The position numbers and the translations under genes were made by a program. A model generated the notes under the pieces. That model was not told the origin of the DNA, searched no databases, and worked only from the letters and a program-made list of their open reading frames with translations. Positions 44,167-51,467 of a stretch of DNA of 64,000 nucleotides are shown here, in pieces (within the stretch, counting starts at the first letter, position 1; each line of letters begins with the position of its first letter). The stretch is from Candidatus Saccharimonadota bacterium (GTDB lineage Bacteria > Patescibacteriota > Saccharimonadia > Saccharimonadales > Saccharimonadaceae): assembly GCA_017524405.1 (NCBI GenBank), contig JAFWSJ010000014.1, positions 65,623-129,622 of the forward strand. Direction: 5' to 3'.

Positions 44167-44787
44167 TTAGTGAAGTAACGAGAGTAAGGCGGAACCGAGC
44201 ATACCACCAATGGCCGCCATTGCGAGACCCTCGATTGCACCGCATTGTGCCGAATCTACCGAAAATGCCATGAATTCGAGCAGCCTGTCGTTGGGGACAT
44301 AGCCCAGCTCATAGATACGCTGGATAATCAACTCCGAATAGTCGGTTGCCACCTTTTCGACTTCGCCGCTCGCCAGATACCCGAGAAGACCAGACATAGC
44401 CCTCTCACTCATCGTCTTAATTTTATAGCGAGTTCTCGGAGAAGGCCTTCCCGCATGCTTTATGTTCATCAAGACGGAACGAGGTGCGCTGCCGCAAGTT
44501 TCGGTGTTCAAGTAGCCCGCCATTTCCATATACCCCGCAAACGCGAAGGTATTCATATATGCAGCGAGCTTCTCGACCAATAATTGGCGCATATCTTCAC
44601 TGAGTTTGCCACTGCCTTCGGCTGCTGCCGCTGCCCTAAGAATTGACGAGAACGTATCTTCCATCTCCTCGAGATAGAGCCTGCCGCCATTCTTGTTCTT
44701 GATAACAAGATCGTACAAAAGCTGCCCCATGGCCTCAACGTCGTTCTCCTTGACCATCCTAAAAACATCTACGTTTGTGACTTCCAT
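44167..44787 (-). CDS. hypothetical protein with a hydrophobic C-terminal tail
   Basis: ATG 44787 lies 6 nt after AGGAGG (MEVTNVDVF...). 206 aa. C-terminal GLAMAAIGGMLGSALLSLL. Confidence 0.5.
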   Translation of the reverse strand: MEVTNVDVFRMVKENDVEAMGQLLYDLVIKNKNGGRLYLEEMEDTFSSILRAAAAAEGSGKLSEDMRQLLVEKLAAYMNTFAFAGYMEMAGYLNTETCGSAPRSVLMNIKHAGRPSPRTRYKIKTMSERAMSGLLGYLASGEVEKVATDYSELIIQRIYELGYVPNDRLLEFMAFSVDSAQCGAIEGLAMAAIGGMLGSALLSLLH

Positions 44788-44879
44788 AGTAAGCCTCCTA
44801 GTTGTAAAAAGATCAAGGCCCGGTAAAGCGGACCTCGTCTTTATTATTATAGCACAGTTTTGCCGAATAGTCAATGGAG

Positions 44880-45797
44880 CTACTTCAGGAAGCCGTTGAT
44901 TATTTGGGATTCGGCCTGGAGCTGAGTGAGGCCGAGCGACATGAGCTTCGTGAGCTGTTCGCCGGCGATTTTACCAATGGCGGCCTCATGAACGAGCTGC
45001 GCGTCGACGTGCTTGGCGTCGAGCGATGGCGTAGCGATTACTGAGCCCTTATCCTGGAGGATTGCGTCGCACTCAGAGTGGCCACGACATTCGTTGTCGC
45101 CCTCGATGTGGAGCGTGAATTCCTGGCGCGATTCGTCAGTCGCGACGGAGCGCGAAACAATATCGGCGACGGAGTTTTTGCCGAGAAGCAATGCCTCGAT
45201 GTGGGACTTCGCGTGCTGCTTGCCCTGGGTGAGCATCTTTTCGTGAATCAAGACCTTCGCACCATCTTTCAGCTCAGCTTCAGTGATGCGCTCGGTCGAA
45301 TCGACGCCGCGAATCTGCTCGAGCTCGAGCTCGGCGTAGCTATTCTCGGCTAGATACACCTTCGTCGTCGGATTAATCCACTTGCCAGTAGATGGGCCGG
45401 CGCCGTAATGTTTTTCGATATATTTCACCTTGGCGTTCTTGCCAATATGGAAAGTATGGACGCCATTATGCTCCGAGCGACTGGCGCCGCAATTATAGAT
45501 ACCGCAACCCGCGACGATCGTGACGTCGGCGTTGTCGCCGATATAGAAATCGTTAATGACGGTCTCCGTAAAGCCGGTCTTAGTGATGATGACCGGGATA
45601 TGGACGACATCGTCCTTCGTGTTCGGCTTGACGGTGATTTTTAGACCGCCTTTTTGCGACTCGACGTTAATATTTGCCGAGCTCTGGCGGCCGACCGCCT
45701 TGCCGTTGATACGGAAATTGTAGGCGCCCTGCGGGACTTCGTTGATGTCTGCGACCTCGCGGAAGAGGTCTTTTTCGATTTGGTCGAGAGTTTTCAT
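44880..45797 (-). CDS. short SufB/SufD-family Fe-S cluster scaffold protein
   Basis: 305 aa. C-terminal SufB/D-like region (ECDAILQDKGSVIATPSLD, VHEAAIGKIAGEQLTKLMSLGL). Much shorter than classical SufB or SufD. Confidence 0.85.
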   Translation of the reverse strand: MKTLDQIEKDLFREVADINEVPQGAYNFRINGKAVGRQSSANINVESQKGGLKITVKPNTKDDVVHIPVIITKTGFTETVINDFYIGDNADVTIVAGCGIYNCGASRSEHNGVHTFHIGKNAKVKYIEKHYGAGPSTGKWINPTTKVYLAENSYAELELEQIRGVDSTERITEAELKDGAKVLIHEKMLTQGKQHAKSHIEALLLGKNSVADIVSRSVATDESRQEFTLHIEGDNECRGHSECDAILQDKGSVIATPSLDAKHVDAQLVHEAAIGKIAGEQLTKLMSLGLTQLQAESQIINGFLK

Positions 45798-46489
45798 GCC
45801 TGCTCCTCCTCTAGTTCCTCTAGCATCTTGGTGGCTGGGCCGGATTTCGCAATCTGGCCATCTTTCAGGACGACGATGCGGTCGGCCTGCGCCATGAGAC
45901 GCTTTTGGTGCGATATCACGATAATCGCGCAGTTGCGCTTGCGGAGCTTCTGGAAGACCTTCACGAGGCGGTCGAAACTCCAGATGTCGATACCAGCCTC
46001 CGGCTCGTCGAAGATCAGGAGTTTGGCTGGGCGCGCCAGGGCGCTCGCGATCTCAACGCGCTTCAGCTCGCCGCCAGAGAGCGACTTGTCGATTTCGCGG
46101 TCTAGGTAACTCTCATCGAGACCGACCTCAGCGAGGAGGCTAGCAAAGTCGATGACGCCAGGATCGAGGAAGGTCTCCTGTCCAGTCACGGCAATCTGCA
46201 ATAGATCACGCACAGTCAGGCCTTTGAAATGTACCGGCTGCTGGAAAGAAAAGGCGATGCCCTTCTTTGCGCGCTCCGTAATCGGCAACTCGCTAATATC
46301 CTCTCCGTCCAGGATAATCTGGCCAGAGCTCTGCTGTTCGATGCCCGCAACAATCTTTGCGAGCGTAGATTTGCCACTACCGTTTGGTCCGGTAATGACG
46401 ACGAATTCGCCGGGCTTGACTCTGAGCGACAGCTCACTCAGAATCGCGCGACGATTCGCTTTAAAACATAAATTGTTAAGACATATCAT
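45794..46489 (-). CDS. sufC: Fe-S cluster assembly ATPase SufC
   Basis: 231 aa. GPNGSGKST, LSGGELKR, LLIFDEPEAGID. Overlaps the downstream suf gene by 4 nt. Confidence 0.95.
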   Translation of the reverse strand: MICLNNLCFKANRRAILSELSLRVKPGEFVVITGPNGSGKSTLAKIVAGIEQQSSGQIILDGEDISELPITERAKKGIAFSFQQPVHFKGLTVRDLLQIAVTGQETFLDPGVIDFASLLAEVGLDESYLDREIDKSLSGGELKRVEIASALARPAKLLIFDEPEAGIDIWSFDRLVKVFQKLRKRNCAIIVISHQKRLMAQADRIVVLKDGQIAKSGPATKMLEELEEEQA

Positions 46490-46507
46490 AGCCCTCTAAT
46501 TATAGCA
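46487..46507 (-). promoter_or_regulatory. extended -10 box 9 nt from the sufC ATG (very short leader)
   Basis: Minus strand reads TGCTATAAT-TAGAGGGCT-ATG. Back to back with the + strand -10 at 46514. Confidence 0.5.
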
Positions 46508-46510
46508 TTT

Positions 46511-46529
46511 TGGTATAATGAAATTAATG
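46511..46529 (+). promoter_or_regulatory. extended -10 box 7 nt from ATG 46527 (predicted leaderless)
   Basis: TGGTATAAT-GAAATTA-ATG. The ORF-track ATG at 46518 lies inside the -10 box. Confidence 0.5.
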
Positions 46530-46994
46530 GAAGCATCTGTAAAAATGAGCATTGACGGGCGCAAAACCGCGATTTTTAACGCCTACGAGGTGCCAGAGAA
46601 TTTTCAAGCAAGGATTAATGACTTAATCGCAAAAATGGAGGAACTCGGCAAGGGCTGCAAAGATAGCGCCGACTTTGAGGCGAAGTTTGCTAGCTCGCCG
46701 CTGAACGCCGAATATACACAATTATTTACCGGCCTCGCGATGGGCGGAGCCAAGTGCAAGTATGGCCCAGCACCAGGCGAGATTGAGGAAGTCGACCAGG
46801 CAGAGGTCGCGAAAGATCTCGCGAAGGATTATGCCGAAATGGAAGTCGAAGGCGCCGTTCAGCACGTGCGTGGTCGCGCATACCGCGCGGCAGAAAGCAA
46901 GATTCGCGACGTGCCGGTGATCGGCGATGCGATTGACGCGAAACGTAAGTTTGATTTCTTTAAAACAATCACAGGAGGTAATAATGAAGAATAG
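46527..46994 (+). CDS. hypothetical soluble protein
   Basis: 155 aa from ATG 46527 (MEASVKMSIDG...). No motif I recognise. Confidence 0.5.
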   Translation: MEASVKMSIDGRKTAIFNAYEVPENFQARINDLIAKMEELGKGCKDSADFEAKFASSPLNAEYTQLFTGLAMGGAKCKYGPAPGEIEEVDQAEVAKDLAKDYAEMEVEGAVQHVRGRAYRAAESKIRDVPVIGDAIDAKRKFDFFKTITGGNNEE

Positions 46995-47667
46995 CAGAAT
47001 CGTATTTGGTAGCCTAATCGCTGCGATTGCAGTAGTAGCGGGCTTGGCACTCGGCAGCCTGCTCTGGCAAAAACGTGTACCGGCGTTACCTAAGGCCGAA
47101 GTCGCAAATAACGAACGTGGCCAAACTTTTGGCATCGACAAGAATATTAACGAAGCAAGCATTGATAAGTATCTCGGTCGCGACGACGTCGTCTACCGTG
47201 ATATGCGCATGCTCGAGGATCCAGCAGAGTACGAGAAAATCGATGGCGATAGATTTCTATCCGGCATCGTCGAGGGCTTCGAGGTTACACCGCTTCCTTA
47301 TCTCGTGAACGTCGAGGGGCTTCCTGAGGCTGTCGGCAAAACCTACGAAGGACCGACGCTATATACCGTAACGGATGGCAAATATACCGAAAATTACAAG
47401 GAATCGAAGCAAATCCTCGAGGATCTCTTCCCGAAGGACAAGAATATCTTCCTGATGTGCGGCGGTGGTGGCTATGCCGGCATGACGAAGCAGATGCTCG
47501 TCACGCTCGGCTGGAATGCAGACAAGCTCTATGTCGTCGGCGGTTACTGGTACTACGAAGGCGAGCATAATATTAAGATTAAGCAAGGCGACGGTAGTTT
47601 TGCGTTCTGGAAATTAGCTTATCACAATATCGACTTTAGTAAATTGACCGAGACCCAGGATGAATAA
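46984..47667 (+). CDS. membrane-anchored rhodanese-like protein
   Basis: ATG 46984 follows AGGAGG. N-terminal TM helix. IFLMCGGGGYAGMTKQMLVTLGW...VVGGYWYY resembles the rhodanese active-site Cys loop. Confidence 0.7.
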   Translation: MKNSRIVFGSLIAAIAVVAGLALGSLLWQKRVPALPKAEVANNERGQTFGIDKNINEASIDKYLGRDDVVYRDMRMLEDPAEYEKIDGDRFLSGIVEGFEVTPLPYLVNVEGLPEAVGKTYEGPTLYTVTDGKYTENYKESKQILEDLFPKDKNIFLMCGGGGYAGMTKQMLVTLGWNADKLYVVGGYWYYEGEHNIKIKQGDGSFAFWKLAYHNIDFSKLTETQDE

Positions 47668-48130
47668 ACGCACAAAAAAGTGGCTGATCGGGGGCGCGAT
47701 TGGACTAGCGGCTCTCTTCGCTGCGGCCTTTGCGATCGCCGTCATTATCCCGCACGATTCGCGCGTACGCCTCGAATCTTATGGCAAGAGTGAGTCAGTT
47801 TTACTCGACGACAAGGAATACGAGCAGATGATTGCAGACAAGCGCTCATTCCTAATAATGGTGAACCAGCCAGGATGCATTAGGACGGACGACATGAGCA
47901 CTTGGTTTCTGGAATATCCCGAGGAAATGCAGTTTAAATACTACTCCATGAGCTGGGCTCATGCGAAGGATACGAGCCTACACAATTATGTGAAATATGC
48001 GCCGTCGCTCGCTGTAATAAAAGGCGGCGAGGTCATTGCCTGGCTTGACGCCGACTCCGAGGAAGACGAGAAGTATTTTGGCGATCCAGAGGAACTCAAG
48101 ACTTGGCTGAAAAAGTATATAATTTTCTAG
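47660..48130 (+). CDS. membrane-anchored thioredoxin-fold-like protein (no CxxC)
   Basis: 156 aa. N-terminal TM helix. FLIMVNQPGCIRT ... PSLAVIKGGEVIAWLD pattern. Confidence 0.45.
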   Translation: MNKRTKKWLIGGAIGLAALFAAAFAIAVIIPHDSRVRLESYGKSESVLLDDKEYEQMIADKRSFLIMVNQPGCIRTDDMSTWFLEYPEEMQFKYYSMSWAHAKDTSLHNYVKYAPSLAVIKGGEVIAWLDADSEEDEKYFGDPEELKTWLKKYIIF

Positions 48131-48241
48131 CCGAGAGTAGTATAATAGTAAAAAGCTAATAATTATTTTACAGATTACGCCGAGCGAGTCTTAACTGAGA
48201 ATGGATTTAAGAGATCCGCCCGGAAAATAGTGGAATAGTGG

Positions 48242-48886
48242 ATGAGTAAAAAACATAAGCAAAATTTGGCTTACCGCGCCGCGAAGAGGACTTTTGATGT
48301 TCTCATCTCGTGTATCGGTTGCATTTTTTTGCTGCCGCTAACACTGATTGTAAAGATTATTTATCTAGCCCACGGCGATAAGCACTCGATTTTCCTGGAG
48401 CACTACCGTGTCGGCAAGAATGGCAAGATTTTCCGAATTCGTAAGTTCCGCACAATGGTTCCCGGCGCCGAAGCAATGCTCGACAAGCTAAAAAAAGACC
48501 CGAAGTACCGCGACGAATTCAAGAAGTACGGCAAAATTCAGAATGACCCACGCGTCAATAAATATAGCCGCTTCTTGCGTAAATCTAGCCTAGACGAGCT
48601 GCCGCAGCTCTACAACATCATTGCTGGCCACATGTCGCTCGTCGGGCCACGTCCGCTCGTTGAAGGCGAGCTAGATGAGTTTGGCGGCGATCACAAGCGC
48701 TACGAGTCGATGAGGCCAGGCCTCACTGGCTGGTGGGCAGTCAATGGACGCAGCGACATCGACTACAAGAAGCGCCTCGAGCTCGAATATTACTATGTCG
48801 ACCACGCCAGCCTTGGCCTAGACATAAAAATCAACTTCAAGACATTCGGTGCTGTTTTTGGCGGCGAAGGCAAGGGTGCGAAATAA
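48242..48886 (+). CDS. undecaprenyl-phosphate sugar phosphotransferase (bacterial sugar transferase family)
   Basis: 214 aa. FRIRKFRTM and DELPQLYNIIAGHMSLVGPRP. Confidence 0.9.
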   Translation: MSKKHKQNLAYRAAKRTFDVLISCIGCIFLLPLTLIVKIIYLAHGDKHSIFLEHYRVGKNGKIFRIRKFRTMVPGAEAMLDKLKKDPKYRDEFKKYGKIQNDPRVNKYSRFLRKSSLDELPQLYNIIAGHMSLVGPRPLVEGELDEFGGDHKRYESMRPGLTGWWAVNGRSDIDYKKRLELEYYYVDHASLGLDIKINFKTFGAVFGGEGKGAK

Positions 48887-49680
48887 TGTCAGAGTTCGCC
48901 AAGATCATCATCGCTACGCACAAAAAGTACGATATGCCGAAAGACAAGATTTATCTGCCAGTACGCGTGGGCGCCGCGCTCGCCGATGACGATTTCGGCT
49001 ACCAGCGCGATGACGAGGGCGAGAATATCTCCACCAAGAACCCTTATTACTGCGAGCTCACCGGCCTTTACTGGGCTTGGAAGAATTGCGACGCAAAGTA
49101 TATCGGGCTCGTGCATTACAGGCGCCATCTGGGTATGAAGAAGACGCTCGCGACGACGCCAGCTAGGCGCATGAAGAGAGTACTGACCGAAGCGCAACTA
49201 CGCCTTTTACTCGCTGATAATGACATTATTTTGCCGAAGAAGCGCAATTATTACGTGGTTAATCTTTATGACCACTACGCGAATACGATGTACGTCGAGC
49301 CGCTCGACGAGCTTCGCAAGATCATCATGAGCGACTACCCGGAGTATTACGCCGAGATGCGCAAGCTCGAGAAACGCAAGACCGCACACATCTTCAATAT
49401 GTTCGTCATGCGTAAGGACATTCTCGATGATTACTGTAAATGGTTGTTTGAAATACTCGGCAAGCTAGAAAAGAAGATCGATGCAACGAAATACAACGCC
49501 TTCCATGCGCGCGTCTATGGGCGCCTATCGGAATGGTTGCTCGATGTGTATATCCGTACAAATAAACTAAAGTTCGTCGAAGTGCCAGTGATTAATATTG
49601 AAGGCGAGAGCTTCGTGAAGAAGGGCGTGGGGTATGTCACATCAAAAACATTAGGGAGAAAGTATGAAAAAAGCTACTAA
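48886..49680 (+). CDS. DUF4422-like putative glycosyltransferase
   Basis: ATG overlaps the upstream stop (TAATG). MSEFAKIIIATHKKYDMPKD...YCELTGLYWAWKN. Confidence 0.6.
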   Translation: MSEFAKIIIATHKKYDMPKDKIYLPVRVGAALADDDFGYQRDDEGENISTKNPYYCELTGLYWAWKNCDAKYIGLVHYRRHLGMKKTLATTPARRMKRVLTEAQLRLLLADNDIILPKKRNYYVVNLYDHYANTMYVEPLDELRKIIMSDYPEYYAEMRKLEKRKTAHIFNMFVMRKDILDDYCKWLFEILGKLEKKIDATKYNAFHARVYGRLSEWLLDVYIRTNKLKFVEVPVINIEGESFVKKGVGYVTSKTLGRKYEKSY

Positions 49681-50479
49681 ACAATCGACCCTTAGAGAGA
49701 TTCAGCTAGCGGAACTAGAGCTGCTGAAGAAACTTGATGCTTTCTGTAAGAAAAACAAGATTAAGTATTTCATTTCATACGGCACCCTGCTCGGCGCCGT
49801 TCGTCATAAGGGTTTTATCCCATGGGATGACGACATCGATGTGTCGATGATGAGAAAGGATTTTGATCGTTTTTGCGAGTTAGTTCAGAAAGACAAGACT
49901 CTCAAGTTTCAAAGCTTTGAGACCGATAAGGATTATCTGTTCTATGTACCAATTGTCTATGACGAATCAATTGATTTGATTCGCAATTTTAACGGAAAAG
50001 ACGAAGTGATCCACCCTTGGATAGACATCTTCCCGTATGACGGAATGCCAAAAAACAAGTTCGCGAAAAAAATGCATGCCGCCAACATGATGCGTCGATT
50101 GATTCAAATTAATTTATCGGGCATCGATAAGATCGTCAAGCTAAACAAGAAAAATCGCCCATTTCACGAACGAGCGCTCATCGCCCTCGGCAAGACTGGC
50201 GCCTTCAAGATACTTAATACTAAGAAACAATTATATAAAATGGATAAAATCCTTCGAAAGTATCCCGTCGAGGACAGTGATGACATTGTATGCTTCATGG
50301 CGGGCGGCAAAACTAAAGAGATAATGCCGAAGAAATATTTTGAGCCATTCAAGAGCTACAAGTTTGAGGGTGTATCATTCCCGGGCGTCAACGACTTCGA
50401 TGGGTATCTAAAACACCAGTATGGCGACTATATGACGCCGCCACCGGAAGCAGAGAGAGGCAGCAATCATGGCCTCTAA
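49664..50479 (+). CDS. licD: LicD-family phosphotransferase
   Basis: 271 aa. YGTLLGAVRHKGFIPWDDDIDVSM motif. Confidence 0.85.
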   Translation: MKKATKQSTLREIQLAELELLKKLDAFCKKNKIKYFISYGTLLGAVRHKGFIPWDDDIDVSMMRKDFDRFCELVQKDKTLKFQSFETDKDYLFYVPIVYDESIDLIRNFNGKDEVIHPWIDIFPYDGMPKNKFAKKMHAANMMRRLIQINLSGIDKIVKLNKKNRPFHERALIALGKTGAFKILNTKKQLYKMDKILRKYPVEDSDDIVCFMAGGKTKEIMPKKYFEPFKSYKFEGVSFPGVNDFDGYLKHQYGDYMTPPPEAERGSNHGL

Positions 50480-51467
50480 AGAGCCGCTCATCAGCATTAT
50501 TGTTCCTATTTACAATGTAGCCGAATACTTGCCGCGCTGCCTAGACAGTATTCTAACGCAAACCTACAGTAAATTCGAAGTGCTCCTCGTGAACGACGGG
50601 TCTACTGATGATTCAAAAACAATCTGCGGGGAGTACGTAAAAAAGGACAGGCGGTTCATTCTAATAAATAAAAAGAATGGCGGCGTTTCAAGTGCGAGGA
50701 ATGCTGGATTAGAAAAGTCTTCCGGCGAGTATATCACTTTTATAGATCCAGACGACTATGCCGATGAGGACTATCTAGAGACACTGCTAAAAACTTTGCG
50801 TAAATTCAACTCTGACGTCGCTGCCTGCGGTCACATCACTAGATATGGAGCCTCTGACACCACGCTGTCTTCAGCTTGCGGCAAATCGTTTTGTCTGTCC
50901 GCACATGACGCCGTCGAGGCAATGCTCTATGAGACATACGATGGTCTTGGCGTTTCGTTATGGGCTAAGATTTTTTCTAAAGCCCTCTTCGACGGCATCT
51001 GCTTTCCCGAAGGTAGCATATTTGAAGATACGGCCATCGTCTTCGAACTTGTCGGCTCGGCGCATAAGGTTGGCGCAAACCTAATCAGCAAATACAATTA
51101 CATGATGCGCGACGATTCAATTACCAACCGTAGCTTCGACAAGAGTAAGCTAGACATGATTGATGCGACAGAGTACGCCTGCAGGAGTGCGGCCAAGAAA
51201 TTCCCCGACCTTAAGCGTGCCGCAAAATGCCGCATGGTCTATGCATACCTAAGCACATTGTCGCAAGCATCCAAGTCCGCCAAGAAGCCTGACAAAAAAA
51301 TTACTAAAAAACTCATACGCTACATTCGCAAGCACGGTTTTCTTATCTTACTAAACAAACGCGTTAAAGCAAGAAACAAGATTGGAGTCTTGTCCTCATT
51401 GTTTGGTTTCGGTTTTTATTCCTTCATCTGGAGGCTATATTCAACAATAACTGGGAGAAAAGTATGA
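50469..51467 (+). CDS. family 2 glycosyltransferase
   Basis: 332 aa. ISIIVPIYNVAEYLPRCLDSIL, VNDGSTDDS, DPDD. Confidence 0.92.
   Translation: MASKEPLISIIVPIYNVAEYLPRCLDSILTQTYSKFEVLLVNDGSTDDSKTICGEYVKKDRRFILINKKNGGVSSARNAGLEKSSGEYITFIDPDDYADEDYLETLLKTLRKFNSDVAACGHITRYGASDTTLSSACGKSFCLSAHDAVEAMLYETYDGLGVSLWAKIFSKALFDGICFPEGSIFEDTAIVFELVGSAHKVGANLISKYNYMMRDDSITNRSFDKSKLDMIDATEYACRSAAKKFPDLKRAAKCRMVYAYLSTLSQASKSAKKPDKKITKKLIRYIRKHGFLILLNKRVKARNKIGVLSSLFGFGFYSFIWRLYSTITGRKV

Noticed and set aside
48226-48241. Tandem 8-mer AATAGTGG AATAGTGG immediately before the sugar-transferase ATG
   Set aside because: It is too short to separate from chance. It probably just supplies a weak GTGG/GGA SD-like sequence.
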